Shown: positions 32,046 through 42,276 of the stretch, one piece after another | How the letters are laid out: every line of letters starts with the position of its first letter | Numbering within the stretch: the first letter of the stretch is position 1 | NCBI GenBank assembly: GCA_902525625.1 | Contig: CABZHM010000001.1 | Coordinates: 29,130 to 93,129 of the forward strand | Direction: 5' to 3' | Length of the DNA stretch: 64,000 nucleotides | Source of the DNA: an uncultured Pelagibacteraceae bacterium | GTDB taxonomy: Bacteria > Pseudomonadota > Alphaproteobacteria > Pelagibacterales > Pelagibacteraceae | Program-made: the position numbers and the translations under genes | The notes under the pieces: generated by a model | Told to the model about the DNA's origin: nothing | The model's database searches: none | What the model saw: the letters and a program-made list of their open reading frames with translations, nothing else

Positions 32046-33314
32046 TTAAGAAGGCTTATTCATGGAATTGAAGAATTCTGAATTATTTTTTGTATCTTTT
32101 AATTTTGAGCTAATAAATTCAATTGCATCCATTGTTCCCATTGGAGCAATTATTCTTCTTAAAACATTCATTTTTTGAAGATCATTTTTATCAAAAAGTA
32201 ATTCTTCTCTTCTAGTTCCTGACTTAGTGATATCAATCGCAGGATATATTCTTTTGTCAGCAATTTTTCTATCTAATACTGTTTCACTGTTACCAGTCCC
32301 TTTAAATTCCTCAAAAATTACCTCATCCATTCTACTTCCGGTATCTATCAAAGCTGTGGAAATAATTGTTAATGATCCACCCTCCTCAATATTTCTAGCT
32401 GCTCCAAAAAATCTTTTTGGTCTTTGAAGAGCATTAGCATCAACACCTCCTGTTAAAACTTTTCCTGAACTTGGTATTACTGCGTTATACGCCCTTCCTA
32501 ATCTAGTAATTGAGTCCAATAATATTACGACATCTTTTTTATGTTCTGTTAGTCTTTTTGCTTTTTCGATGACCATTTCTGCAACAGCAACATGACGCTG
32601 TGCCGGTTCGTCAAAAGTTGAGCTTATAACTTCACCCTTCACAGTTCTTTGCATATCAGTCACTTCTTCTGGTCTTTCGTCGATAAGCAAAACAATTAAA
32701 TAACACTCAGGATAATTCTTTGCGATTGAATTCGCTATGCTTTGTAAAATCATTGTCTTGCCAGCTTTTGGTGGTGAAATAATTATTGATCTTTGACCTT
32801 TCCCAATAGGACTAACCAAATCAATCAATCTTGGGGTTAAATCTTGTTTCTTATCCGGCTTTGTAATCTCTACTTCCATAATCAATTGTTTGTCTGGGTA
32901 AAGTGGGGTTAAGTTATCAAATGCTATTTTATGCCGGGATTTTTCCGGTTCCTCAAAATTAATTTTACTAACCTGAAGTAAAGCAAAATATCTTTCACCT
33001 TCTTTTGGCGCTCTGACTGGTCCTTCCACGGTATCACCTGTTCTCAATCCAAATTTTCTAATCTGGCTTGGACTTACATAAATATCATCGGGTCCTGGCA
33101 GATAGTTTGACTCCATTGCTCTTAAAAAACCAAAACCATCTTGCAATAACTGTAATACTCCTGCTCCGGTAATCTCCTCTTTTTCTGCAACTTTTTTTAA
33201 GATAGCAAATAATATTTCTTGCTTTCTCAGCGTGCTGGCATTTTCTATACCCAGTTCTTCAGCTTGAGTTATTAACTGTTCAGACGATTTAAGTTTGAGT
33301 TCTTGTATGTTCAT
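32046..33314 (-). CDS. rho: Transcription termination factor Rho
   Basis: [41 protein letters not shown]. Confidence 0.99.
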   Translation of the reverse strand: MNIQELKLKSSEQLITQAEELGIENASTLRKQEILFAILKKVAEKEEITGAGVLQLLQDGFGFLRAMESNYLPGPDDIYVSPSQIRKFGLRTGDTVEGPVRAPKEGERYFALLQVSKINFEEPEKSRHKIAFDNLTPLYPDKQLIMEVEITKPDKKQDLTPRLIDLVSPIGKGQRSIIISPPKAGKTMILQSIANSIAKNYPECYLIVLLIDERPEEVTDMQRTVKGEVISSTFDEPAQRHVAVAEMVIEKAKRLTEHKKDVVILLDSITRLGRAYNAVIPSSGKVLTGGVDANALQRPKRFFGAARNIEEGGSLTIISTALIDTGSRMDEVIFEEFKGTGNSETVLDRKIADKRIYPAIDITKSGTRREELLFDKNDLQKMNVLRRIIAPMGTMDAIEFISSKLKDTKNNSEFFNSMNKPS

Positions 33315-33377
33315 GAATTAAATTATTTAGGACTAAATAACGAATACAATATATATACAAATTTGCATTATTCAACC

Positions 33378-33812
33378 CTAGATAGGTTTAAAAATAACAA
33401 TAAAAATGATTAAAATAAGCAATAATGTGGGGATTTCGTTAATGTATCGATAATATTTAGAAGAATGTTTGTTTATATCTAGTTTGAATTGGCCTAAGAT
33501 TTTTCCAAGATAAAAATGATATAAAGTTAGAGCAATGACAAAAATAAGCTTTAAAATCATCCACCTTTGACCTAGCTGCTGAAAACCTATTTCATGTATC
33601 AGTATTAATCCAAATATCCAGGAAAGTGTCATTGCTGGGGTCATGATGTAAAAAAAAAGTTTCTTTTCCATAACTTTAAACACTTCTGTCACTGCTGGTT
33701 TGTCGTTGTTCTCAGAATGATAAACAAAAATTCGTGGAAGATATAAAAGTCCTGCCATCCATGAAATGACTGCTATTAAATGCAAAGATTTGAAGAGTAA
33801 ATAAGTATTCAT
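33378..33812 (-). CDS. hemJ: Protoporphyrinogen oxidase HemJ
   Basis: KSLHLIAVISWMAGLLYLPRIFVYH, NEIPT, KP terminus. Confidence 0.95.
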   Translation of the reverse strand: MNTYLLFKSLHLIAVISWMAGLLYLPRIFVYHSENNDKPAVTEVFKVMEKKLFFYIMTPAMTLSWIFGLILIHEIGFQQLGQRWMILKLIFVIALTLYHFYLGKILGQFKLDINKHSSKYYRYINEIPTLLLILIIFIVIFKPI

Positions 33813-33815
33813 GTA

Positions 33816-34814
33816 TTAAAGGCTTTTTTGAACTAAAGATTTTAGTAAAGCTATATGATCATCACTATCATTTAAACATGGGACCATATCAAAATTTTCA
33901 CCGCCAGACTCGAAGAAAGTTTCTTTGCCCTGAATAAGAATTTCTTCTAAAGTTTCAACACAATCAGATGAGAAACCAGGACATATTGCAAGAACATTCT
34001 TTTTACCCTCGCTAGGCAATTTTTCTAATGTTTTATCTGTGTATGGTTCAAGCCATTTTTGAGGACCGAATCTTGATTGAAACGTTGTTTTAAGTTCTAT
34101 GGAATTAAACTTTTCCGAAATCAATCTAGTAGTTTTTTGACAATAACAGTGATACGGATCTCCTTTATCGAAATATTTCTGTGGTATACCGTGATAAGAT
34201 GCTAAAATTAAATCTGGTTTCCAATTTATTTCTTTTATCTTCTTATTCAGTGAATTTACTAAAGCATCTATATATTGAGGGTGAGATTCGTAATGAGGTA
34301 TAATTTTAATAGACGGTTGCCACCTCATTTTCATAAGTGTTCTATAAACTTCGTCGCAAACTGTGGCTGTAGTTGCTGCAGCGTATTGGGGATATAATGG
34401 AAGTATTACTAAATTTTCACAACCCATAGAATGTAAGGCCTTTATTTTGCTTTTAATACTTGGATTTCCATATCTCATAGCAAAATCCACAATTACATTC
34501 TTTTCAGATATTAAGTTTGATAATTTATCTGCCTGTTGTCGAGTATAGTAAAGCAAAGGAGAAATGTTTTCTTTTTTCATCCAAATTTCTCTATAAGCTT
34601 TGGCGGTTTTTGAGGGCCTCAAATTTAATATAAAAACATTTAATATAATTTGCCAAAATATAGGGTTAACTTCTATTACTCTTCTGTCAGATAAAAACTC
34701 CTTCAAATATTTTCTTATATCTAGCCAACTAGTTGAGTCAGGTGTTCCTAAATTAATTATTAAAACTCCAGTTTTGCCAAAATTAACCTTAGGGTGTGAA
34801 TTATTATTCTCCAT
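33816..34814 (-). CDS. hemH: Ferrochelatase
   Basis: NLGTPD, AMRYGNPS, PLYPQY, SYHGIP, FQSRFG..WLEP, DCVETLEEI. Confidence 0.97.
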   Translation of the reverse strand: MENNNSHPKVNFGKTGVLIINLGTPDSTSWLDIRKYLKEFLSDRRVIEVNPIFWQIILNVFILNLRPSKTAKAYREIWMKKENISPLLYYTRQQADKLSNLISEKNVIVDFAMRYGNPSIKSKIKALHSMGCENLVILPLYPQYAAATTATVCDEVYRTLMKMRWQPSIKIIPHYESHPQYIDALVNSLNKKIKEINWKPDLILASYHGIPQKYFDKGDPYHCYCQKTTRLISEKFNSIELKTTFQSRFGPQKWLEPYTDKTLEKLPSEGKKNVLAICPGFSSDCVETLEEILIQGKETFFESGGENFDMVPCLNDSDDHIALLKSLVQKSL

Positions 34815-35816
34815 TTAATAATCTTTCACCATTTTGACAAGATAATCCATCATTTTTGGATCAGTTTCAGGCAGAACTCCGTGCCCTAAATTAAATATGT
34901 AAGGATGATCTTTAAAAATATCTAAATATTTTTTTGCTCCTTTTTTTAAATTTTCTTTATCTGTTAACAAAATCTTTGGGTCCATTCCTCCTTGAATAGG
35001 AATTTTAATATCTTTTAAAATCTCTTTAGCATTAACTTCATAGTCAATACAAATAGCATCTGGGTTAACAATTTCACAAAAATCCTTATATGTTTTAATA
35101 CCTTTTGGAAAACATATAGTTGGTACCTTCAAAGACCTGGTATATTCAACTAGATTAATTGTAGGCTCGTATACATAGTTTGGTAAGTCTTTTCTATTTA
35201 ATAAACCAGCCCAACTATCAAAAATTTGAATGATTTGCGCACCACTTTCAACCTGATTTTTAATGTGCAATTTTAAAAATTTTTCAATAATTTTTAAAAT
35301 ATTATTTATTAAATACTTATCTTTAAAAAAATTACTTTTTAAACCAGATTTTGGAGATTTTTGATTTATCATGTAAACCAAAAGTGTCCAAGGTGCACCT
35401 ACAAAACCTATTATATTTTTATTTTTTGTAAGGATGTTGTATTTAATTAAATCAACTAATTTATAAACCGGTCTAAGCTTATTAACAAAATCGATTTCAC
35501 TTACTTTAAGAATATTATCTAAATTTAAATCTCCCAAAATAGGTCCGACTCCTTTTTTAAATTCAACTTTCTGATTTAATCCATATGGTAACATTAAAAT
35601 ATCTGAAAAAATTATTGCAGCATCTAAGTCAAATCTTCTTAAGGGTTGTAATGTTATTTCTGCAGATAATATTTCATTTAAACATAGTTTTATAAAATCA
35701 GGATTTTTAGCTCTAATGTCTCTAAACTCAGGCAAATATCTCCCAGCCTGTCTCATAATCCATATAGGCTTTATGGTTGTGTCTTTATTTTTTAAAACTT
35801 TATAAATCGGAGTCAT
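34815..35816 (-). CDS. hemE: Uroporphyrinogen decarboxylase
   Basis: WIMRQAGRYLPE, DAAIIFSDIL, GAPWTL, FNLGHG. Confidence 0.97.
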   Translation of the reverse strand: MTPIYKVLKNKDTTIKPIWIMRQAGRYLPEFRDIRAKNPDFIKLCLNEILSAEITLQPLRRFDLDAAIIFSDILMLPYGLNQKVEFKKGVGPILGDLNLDNILKVSEIDFVNKLRPVYKLVDLIKYNILTKNKNIIGFVGAPWTLLVYMINQKSPKSGLKSNFFKDKYLINNILKIIEKFLKLHIKNQVESGAQIIQIFDSWAGLLNRKDLPNYVYEPTINLVEYTRSLKVPTICFPKGIKTYKDFCEIVNPDAICIDYEVNAKEILKDIKIPIQGGMDPKILLTDKENLKKGAKKYLDIFKDHPYIFNLGHGVLPETDPKMMDYLVKMVKDY

Positions 35817-36077
35817 ATATATAATAAATATTATAAGGTTGTAGTATTATTAAGGAATGTGAATAATGGTAACTATTTTTTATCAACATTTTATTAACCA
35901 TTTATTCTTTAATTTTAACCAATTTACATGAAATTTATGAATTACTTAATCATTTGTATAATTGTTTTCCACTTAATTAAAAATGTTAATAAAACTCACG
36001 TTTTACATGCTATTTTAAGTAATAAATAAATTTATTTAATTCTATTAAAATATTACAAAGATACTAACTAAACATAC
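35817..36077. other. Probable chromosomal replication origin (oriC)
   Basis: Largest (261 bp) and very AT-rich intergenic gap, between divergent hemE and PSRP/DUF299 as in Caulobacter Cori; DnaA-box-like 9-mers TGTGAATAA (35858), TTATCAACA (35880), TTTGTATAA (35953), TTTTCCACT (35965), TGTTAATAA (35984); gene strand switches here. Confidence 0.75.
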
Positions 36078-36908
36078 ATGATTAATACTTATCAAATATT
36101 CCTAATATCAGACTCTACCGGAGAAACTTTGGAAAGAATTTTCTTGTCTCTCAAAGCTCAATTCAAAAATATTGATTATAAGGTAAATTCATTTTCCTTT
36201 ACAAGAACGGAAAATCAAATACATAAAATTTTAGATTTAGCTCTTAAGCAAGAAAATTCAATAATTCTCTACACAATCGTTGATAATAGTTTAGCTAAGT
36301 TTTTAGCTAACACATGTGATAAAAAAAAAATACCATGCTTTGGTGTGTTGGGAAATTTAATTTTAAATTTTTCAAAATTATTTAATCAAAAAGCTTCTCA
36401 TGAACCAAGCGGACAGCATGCTTTAAATGAGGAATACTATGACAGGATCGAGGCAATACAATTTACAATGAATCACGATGATGGAAATTTGCTTAGTGAT
36501 GTTGAAAAATCTGACATAATTTTATTAGGCGTAAGCAGAACAAGCAAAACACCTACTTCTATTTATCTGGCTAATAAGGGTTTTAAAACTGCAAATATTC
36601 CTTTGATAAATAAAGATTCTATACCAAAGAATTTAAAAGAGAATCCTCAAAATTTTTGTATAGTAGGTTTGACCACTGAACCTGAAAGGTTAGCCGATGT
36701 AAGAAAGAATCGAATGAATTCATTAAAAGATAAAAAAAATCAAGATTATACAAATCTAGACAAAATAAAAAAAGAGATAGAAGAAGCAAAAAATACTTTT
36801 AAAAAGTTCAAATGGCCAACAATTGATGTTACGAGAAAGTCAGTTGAGGAGACTGCGGCATCAATAATAAAAATTTACGAAATTTTTTCTAGTAAAAAAA
36901 ATGGATAG
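36078..36908 (+). CDS. Pyruvate, water/phosphate dikinase regulatory protein (PSRP/DUF299)
   Basis: ISDSTGET, HDDG, GVSRTSKTPTSIYLA, DVTRKSVEETA. Confidence 0.93.
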   Translation: MINTYQIFLISDSTGETLERIFLSLKAQFKNIDYKVNSFSFTRTENQIHKILDLALKQENSIILYTIVDNSLAKFLANTCDKKKIPCFGVLGNLILNFSKLFNQKASHEPSGQHALNEEYYDRIEAIQFTMNHDDGNLLSDVEKSDIILLGVSRTSKTPTSIYLANKGFKTANIPLINKDSIPKNLKENPQNFCIVGLTTEPERLADVRKNRMNSLKDKKNQDYTNLDKIKKEIEEAKNTFKKFKWPTIDVTRKSVEETAASIIKIYEIFSSKKNG

Positions 36909-37488
36909 AAAAATTATTTTAGCTTCAAAAAGTAAAGTAAGAAAAAACATTCTAGATAAAAATAATATTGAGAATTTTGTAGAACCCTCCAATGTTGATG
37001 AAGACCTTGTGAAAATGAGCCTTTTAAAAGAAAACGTTAGTCCAGAAATAATTTCAAAAAATTTAGCAGAATTAAAAGCGAACAAAGTTAGTATGAAGAA
37101 ACCTAACAAATTAGTATTAGGTGCTGATAGCGTAATAGATTTGGAGGGAGAATTAATCTCAAAGCCCGAGAGTAGAGATGAAGCCATAGAGATATTAAAA
37201 AAACTTAACGGAAAAGTTCATTATCTAATAAGTTCGGTTTGTATTTCAAAAGATGGGGTTATGATTTGGAATTATACTGATAAAGCTAAACTTACTATGA
37301 AAATTTTTACTGAAAATGAGCTAGAAAGATATTTATCAAAGATAAGTGATCAAGCTCTTTACTCATATAATGTTTATCAAATTGAGGGTGAGGGTAGAGC
37401 TTTATTTTCTAAAATTGAAGGCGATGAAAATACCATTATGGGCCTTCCTATTGATAAAATTAAGGATTATCTAAAGAATTATGAATAA
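36901..37488 (+). CDS. maf: Maf family nucleotide pyrophosphatase
   Basis: ILASKSKVR, GADS, KP, YQIEG, TIMGLP. Confidence 0.92.
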   Translation: MDRKIILASKSKVRKNILDKNNIENFVEPSNVDEDLVKMSLLKENVSPEIISKNLAELKANKVSMKKPNKLVLGADSVIDLEGELISKPESRDEAIEILKKLNGKVHYLISSVCISKDGVMIWNYTDKAKLTMKIFTENELERYLSKISDQALYSYNVYQIEGEGRALFSKIEGDENTIMGLPIDKIKDYLKNYE

Positions 37489-38305
37489 ATTTTTAGTTAT
37501 TGGAAATCCTATCGATCATTCGTTATCACCAAAATTACACAATTATTGGATGAAGAAAAATAATATTAAAGCAACATATGAAAAAGAGAAATTAGATAGC
37601 CATAATTTACAAAATTTTATTTTGAAAATCAGAAATAAAAATATAAGTGGAGCAAATGTTACTGTCCCATTTAAAAAAGAGGTAATTCCTCATCTGGATA
37701 AGCTAACCCCAGTTGCTGAAGCCACGCAATCAGTTAATACAATTTTATTAGACAATGATAAAATTATGGGCCATAACACAGATATAAGTGGATTTGAAAA
37801 TGCTATAAAGTTTACAAAATATGATTTAACAAAAAAAAAAGTTTTCCTTTTAGGTTCTGGGGGGGTTGTTCCATCTATAATTTTTGCATTAAATAAAATG
37901 AAGGTATCTAGTATTACTCTATCAAATAGAACAAAAAAAAAAGCTGAGGAACTACAAAAATTTTCAAATGAGAAAATGCTTAAGAAAAATACTCTAAACT
38001 TGATTAGAGTTGTTAATTGGGGAGTGATACCTGAATTTGATATGGTTATTAACGCTACTAGTGTAGGGTTAAATAATGATCAAAAATTAGACTTGGACTT
38101 TTCAAATATCGGCAAAAATAAGTTTTTTTATGATGTAACTTATAATCCTAAAGAAACGAAATTTTTAAGAACAGGTAAAGATCTGGGCAATCAAACTGAA
38201 AATGGAAAAAAAATGTTCATTTATCAGGCGGCAGAAGCTTTTAAAATTTGGCACAACATAAAACCAAAAATTAATAAAGAATTAATTGAATTTTTAGACC
38301 AATGA
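37481..38305 (+). CDS. aroE: Shikimate dehydrogenase
   Basis: GNPIDHSLSP, NVTVPFK, VNT, NTD, INATSVG, YQAAEAF. Confidence 0.96.
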   Translation: MNKFLVIGNPIDHSLSPKLHNYWMKKNNIKATYEKEKLDSHNLQNFILKIRNKNISGANVTVPFKKEVIPHLDKLTPVAEATQSVNTILLDNDKIMGHNTDISGFENAIKFTKYDLTKKKVFLLGSGGVVPSIIFALNKMKVSSITLSNRTKKKAEELQKFSNEKMLKKNTLNLIRVVNWGVIPEFDMVINATSVGLNNDQKLDLDFSNIGKNKFFYDVTYNPKETKFLRTGKDLGNQTENGKKMFIYQAAEAFKIWHNIKPKINKELIEFLDQ

Positions 38306-38871
38306 AAAGAGTAGGAATATTAGGAGATATTGGATCTGGCAAGAGTTATGTTGCTAAATGTTTTGGTTACCCGGTTTTTAATGCAGATAAAGAAGTTGCA
38401 AAAATTTACGACAAAGAAAAAAAAATCTTTTTTAAACTAAAAAAAATTTTACCCAAATATATTATTTCTTTCCCAATTAAAAAAAGCGAAATTATGAATG
38501 CGATTTTGGGTAATAAAAATAATTTAGAAAGAGTTATAAAAATAATCCATATCGAAGTAAGAAAAAAAATGTATCTTTTTTTAAAAAAAAATAAGAATAA
38601 AAAAATTGTAATACTTGATATACCACTCCTGCTAGAAAACAAAATTAATAAAAAAAATGATGTTTTAATTTTTGTTGATGCTAATAAAATAAATATAATG
38701 AAAAGATTAAAAAAAAGAAAAAACTTTAACCTAAAATTATTAAATAAATTTAGAAAGGCTCAACTTCCACTTGATTATAAAAAACATTTGTCCCAATTTG
38801 TCGTTAAAAATAATTTTACTAAAAATTCAGTAAAAAAAGATATAAATTTTATTTTAAATAAAATTCTATAA
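38302..38871 (+). CDS. coaE: Dephospho-CoA kinase
   Basis: GDIGSGKS Walker A, DIPLLLE; aroE-coaE-dnaQ order. Confidence 0.92.
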   Translation: MKRVGILGDIGSGKSYVAKCFGYPVFNADKEVAKIYDKEKKIFFKLKKILPKYIISFPIKKSEIMNAILGNKNNLERVIKIIHIEVRKKMYLFLKKNKNKKIVILDIPLLLENKINKKNDVLIFVDANKINIMKRLKKRKNFNLKLLNKFRKAQLPLDYKKHLSQFVVKNNFTKNSVKKDINFILNKIL

Positions 38872-39536
38872 TGAAGGAAATTGTATTAGACACTGAAACC
38901 ACAGGTATTCTAATTAAAGATGGTCATAGAATTGTTGAAATTGGGTGTATTGAGCTTGATAATCTTATACCTACAAGCAAAAAATTTCATTGTTATCTTA
39001 ATCCTGAGAGAAAAGTTTCTGAGAAAGCATTTGAAGTTCACGGTTACTCAGATGAATTTCTTGCTAAACAAAAAAAATTTTCAGAAGTTGCTGATAAGTT
39101 TTTAGAGTTTATTGCGAAAAAAAAAATTATAATTCATAACGCCGAATTTGATCTGTCTCATTTAAATAATGAGTTAAAAATTCTAGGTAAAAACAAAATT
39201 AGCAACGAAATAGTAGATACATTAACTTTAGCTAGAGATAAATTTCCCGGTTCACCCTCAAACTTAGATGCTCTCTGTAAAAGATATAGAATCGATAATT
39301 CAAGAAGAATAAAACATACAGCTTTAGTAGACTGTGATTTATTGGCAAAGGTTTATATTAACTTAATTGATCAAAAAGAACCAACTCTAGACTTTAGTAA
39401 AAAAGAAATATCAGGCGATATAATTGGTAAGGAGAAGATTGATTATTTTAAAAAGATTATTAAACCATCTGATGCCGAATTTAAAAAACATAAAGAATTT
39501 ATAAAATCAAGAATTAAAAAAAATTTTTTTACTTGA
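38871..39536 (+). CDS. dnaQ: DNA polymerase III epsilon subunit
   Basis: LDTETTG, HNAEFD, LDALCKR, HTALVD. Confidence 0.96.
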   Translation: MKEIVLDTETTGILIKDGHRIVEIGCIELDNLIPTSKKFHCYLNPERKVSEKAFEVHGYSDEFLAKQKKFSEVADKFLEFIAKKKIIIHNAEFDLSHLNNELKILGKNKISNEIVDTLTLARDKFPGSPSNLDALCKRYRIDNSRRIKHTALVDCDLLAKVYINLIDQKEPTLDFSKKEISGDIIGKEKIDYFKKIIKPSDAEFKKHKEFIKSRIKKNFFT

Positions 39537-39951
39537 TATTCTTTTTATACAAACTCTCAAAATCTATTTTTTTTTCGACTTTTATCGCAGGATAACCTGA
39601 ATTATGGAGTAAATTTATTAGTGTTTTTTCAACATCTTGATAAATATCTTTTTGTACATCGACAAGAATAATTTTTTCCAATATTTTTTTATCCCTAAGA
39701 TTTTCATCAACTTGTACTATTGATGTATGAACAAATTCAAAAATTGATTTTTTGACATTTTGTTCTTTGTCGTGAAACTTTATAGAAGTATTAATTTCTA
39801 TCAACCTACTTTTTATTGCTCTTGAGTTTATATCAATTCCTAATTGATAACGACTAATGTTATCTTTAACATACATATATGTTTCAGCATCAGGTGTTTC
39901 ACTGGACATATCTTTGATGAATTTTGCTAAAATTTTATAATTTTTTGTCAT
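39529..39951 (-). CDS. secB: Protein-export chaperone SecB, divergent (start likely ATG 39951)
   Basis: KFIKDMSSETP (cf. QYIKDLSFEnP), SGYP, IDFESLY; dnaQ-secB-fxsA synteny. Confidence 0.8.
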   Translation of the reverse strand: MTKNYKILAKFIKDMSSETPDAETYMYVKDNISRYQLGIDINSRAIKSRLIEINTSIKFHDKEQNVKKSIFEFVHTSIVQVDENLRDKKILEKIILVDVQKDIYQDVEKTLINLLHNSGYPAIKVEKKIDFESLYKKNIK

Positions 39952-40360
39952 CTTCGTTTTCAATATCCTCATATTCACCATCAATAAAGTTTCTATTGGT
40001 CTTTTCCTTAACTTTGAATTTTGATGAAAAACTTTTAAAAATTAGTTTTCTTGTGAAGGGTATTATCAAAATAAATCCAATTATGTCTGTCGCAAAACCT
40101 GGTATAATTAATAATAAAGCAGCAAATGCTATAGCAGCTCCAGATATTATTTCATATGCGGGCAATTCGTTTTTGATTAATTGGGTAAAACCAGATTTCA
40201 AGGTATTTAAACCTTCGTATCTGGCGTAAATAATCCCCAAAATTGCTGTGATAAATATTAATGAAATTGTATTAAATGCTCCAATTTGAGCGCCAATTTT
40301 TATAAATAAGAAAATTTCAATAACAGGTATTAAAATTATAGCTGCTAAAACTGTGTTCAT
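39935..40360 (-). CDS. fxsA: FxsA family membrane protein
   Basis: PVIEIFLFIKIG, LLLIIPGFATDIIG, IDGEYE tail. Confidence 0.93.
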   Translation of the reverse strand: MNTVLAAIILIPVIEIFLFIKIGAQIGAFNTISLIFITAILGIIYARYEGLNTLKSGFTQLIKNELPAYEIISGAAIAFAALLLIIPGFATDIIGFILIIPFTRKLIFKSFSSKFKVKEKTNRNFIDGEYEDIENEDDKKL

Positions 40361-40382
40361 TTGTCTTTAATTTAATTGTTAG

Positions 40383-40411
40383 TTGAAATTATTCAACATA
40401 GTAATTACAAT
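40383..40411 (+). promoter_or_regulatory. Sigma70-type promoter, probably leaderless, for the Tim44-like gene
   Basis: TTGAAA-N17-TACAAT-N6-ATG(40418). Confidence 0.6.
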
Positions 40412-40417
40412 TACCCT

Positions 40418-41014
40418 ATGAATTATAGTTTTGAATATATAGATATTATCCTCCTAGCTATGATAGCTGGTTTTATATTTCTTAGGTTGAGGGGAATACT
40501 AGGAAAGAGAACGGGTTTTGAAGGAAAAATAAATCCTCAATTTGAGAATATTTTAAAAGAAACTCAGGCAGATAATAATATTAAAAAAAATGAAAATTTT
40601 GATGAAAGTGCTCAAAAGGAATTTTTAAAAGGTGCTAAAATTGCTTATGAGACTATAATTACTGATTTTAGTGATCAAGATAATAAAATTACTAATAGCA
40701 AACCTTTGCTTAGCGAAAAAATTTATTCTCAATTTAAAGTTGCTTTGAGTGAAAGAAATAAAAGAGGACATTTTGCTGAAATAACATTTATCGGAATTAA
40801 TTCAGCTAGTATTAAGGAACATATAAGAATGGGTACTATCCTCAAGGTAACTGTAAATTTTGTAGGTGAAGTTATAACGTGTATTAGAGATAAAGAAAAA
40901 AAAATAGTATCAGGGAATCCTGAAAAAATTAAAAAGATTTATGACACCTGGGTTTTCTCCAGAGACACAAAGTCGAACAATCCAAATTGGCAATTAGTTG
41001 ATACTCTTACGTAA
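40418..41014 (+). CDS. Tim44/TimA-like protein (start likely ATG 40418)
   Basis: FIFLRLRGILGKRTG, FLKGAKIAYE, DTWVFSR...NPNWQL. Confidence 0.9.
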   Translation: MNYSFEYIDIILLAMIAGFIFLRLRGILGKRTGFEGKINPQFENILKETQADNNIKKNENFDESAQKEFLKGAKIAYETIITDFSDQDNKITNSKPLLSEKIYSQFKVALSERNKRGHFAEITFIGINSASIKEHIRMGTILKVTVNFVGEVITCIRDKEKKIVSGNPEKIKKIYDTWVFSRDTKSNNPNWQLVDTLT

Positions 41015-41428
41015 TTGACTGAAAAGATTTCAAATAAAGACAAAAAAGATTGGGAAAATTTTTTGTCTGAAAATAGCCCTTTGCCAAATAAGGATTTAGA
41101 CAAAACAGAAAAAAAAAAAAATAAATCAAAGCATTATGATTTTCACGGTTTTTCATTATCAGAGGCAAATGAAACAATAAATAAGTGTATTAGAGATGCT
41201 TATGAAAGCGGTATAAAAAAATTAGTTATTGTAACAGGTAAAGGTATTCATTCAGATAATGAAAAAAATCCATATTCATCCAAAAATCTTGGTATTCTAA
41301 AGTACTCTATGCCAGAGTATATAAAAAGTAATTTAGATTTAATGAAGTTTATAAATGAAATAAAAGACGCTGATATTGAAGATGGAGGAAGTGGCGCATT
41401 CTATATTTTTTTAAAAAAAAAAAAATAG
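41015..41428 (+). CDS. Smr domain protein
   Basis: DFHGFS, IVTGKG, GGSGAFYI. Confidence 0.92.
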   Translation: MTEKISNKDKKDWENFLSENSPLPNKDLDKTEKKKNKSKHYDFHGFSLSEANETINKCIRDAYESGIKKLVIVTGKGIHSDNEKNPYSSKNLGILKYSMPEYIKSNLDLMKFINEIKDADIEDGGSGAFYIFLKKKK

Positions 41429-41437
41429 TTTACAACA

Positions 41438-42271
41438 ATGATAATTTGGTTAGCTTCATATCCCAAAAGTGGAAATACCTGGGTAAGACTCTTTTTAAAC
41501 TCATTAATTTTTACTAAAGATGCGAACGTAAACATTAACGATATCAAAATAGAGCAATTTCCAAGTAGAAAATATTTTAATGGCATTACCAATGATATTG
41601 ATGATATGAGAGAATTTATGCAGTATTGTAATATTGCTCAATCAAAATTAAATCTAGATAACAAAATTAAATTCTTTAAAACTCACAACGCTTTTTGGAG
41701 AACAGGAAAATACTCTTTTACTGATGATAAAAATACTACGGGTATCATACATATTGTGAGAGATCCTAGAAATGTGATTACTTCAATTAAGAACCATTAC
41801 AATTATGAAAATTATGAAAAAGCACTTAACTTTATGGAAGATGAAAAAAATATTATTGGTATAAAAGGATCCACAAAAGAAATGGATCTCCCAACATTAG
41901 TATCATCTTGGAAAACACATTATAATTCGTGGAAAAATCTTACTACTTTAAAAAGTAGATATATTTTGATCAAATATGAGGATTTATTAAAAGATCCTAT
42001 AGGTGAATTTAACAAAATTTGTATTTTTATAAATAAAATTTCAAATCTTAAATTTGATGAAAAAAATATATTAAGAGCAGTTAAAAATACTAGTTTTGAA
42101 AACTTAAAGAAACAAGAGGAGTCAAAGGGTTTCAAAGAAGCTCCAAAAAACAATAATAAATTTTTTTATTTAGGACCGAGTAATGATTGGCAAAATTTAT
42201 TAGATAAAAATATAAAAAACAAACTAGAAATTAATTCTAAGCAAGAAATGCAAGATTTAAGTTACCTATAA
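41438..42271 (+). CDS. PAPS-dependent sulfotransferase domain protein
   Basis: 5'-PSB WLASYPKSGNTW, KTH, 3'-PB VRDPRNVITS, KYEDL. Confidence 0.9.
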   Translation: MIIWLASYPKSGNTWVRLFLNSLIFTKDANVNINDIKIEQFPSRKYFNGITNDIDDMREFMQYCNIAQSKLNLDNKIKFFKTHNAFWRTGKYSFTDDKNTTGIIHIVRDPRNVITSIKNHYNYENYEKALNFMEDEKNIIGIKGSTKEMDLPTLVSSWKTHYNSWKNLTTLKSRYILIKYEDLLKDPIGEFNKICIFINKISNLKFDEKNILRAVKNTSFENLKKQEESKGFKEAPKNNNKFFYLGPSNDWQNLLDKNIKNKLEINSKQEMQDLSYL

Positions 42272-42276
42272 ATTTT

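Noticed and set aside
33322-33340. TTATTTAG-GA-CTAAATAA hairpin upstream of rho
   Set aside because: AT-rich stem with a 2-nt loop; too weak to call an attenuator without conservation data.
40382-40414. Two adjacent inverted repeats (GTTGAA-N4-TTCAAC; GTAATT-N2-AATTAC) between fxsA and the Tim44-like gene
   Set aside because: More simply explained by overlapping divergent -35 hexamers and the -10 box in AT-rich DNA.
41413-41425. Long poly-A/T runs (13 A at the smr end; others in murJ and purH) as phase-variation tracts
   Set aside because: Expected from Lys codons in a very AT-rich genome; frames are intact and the genes are housekeeping.
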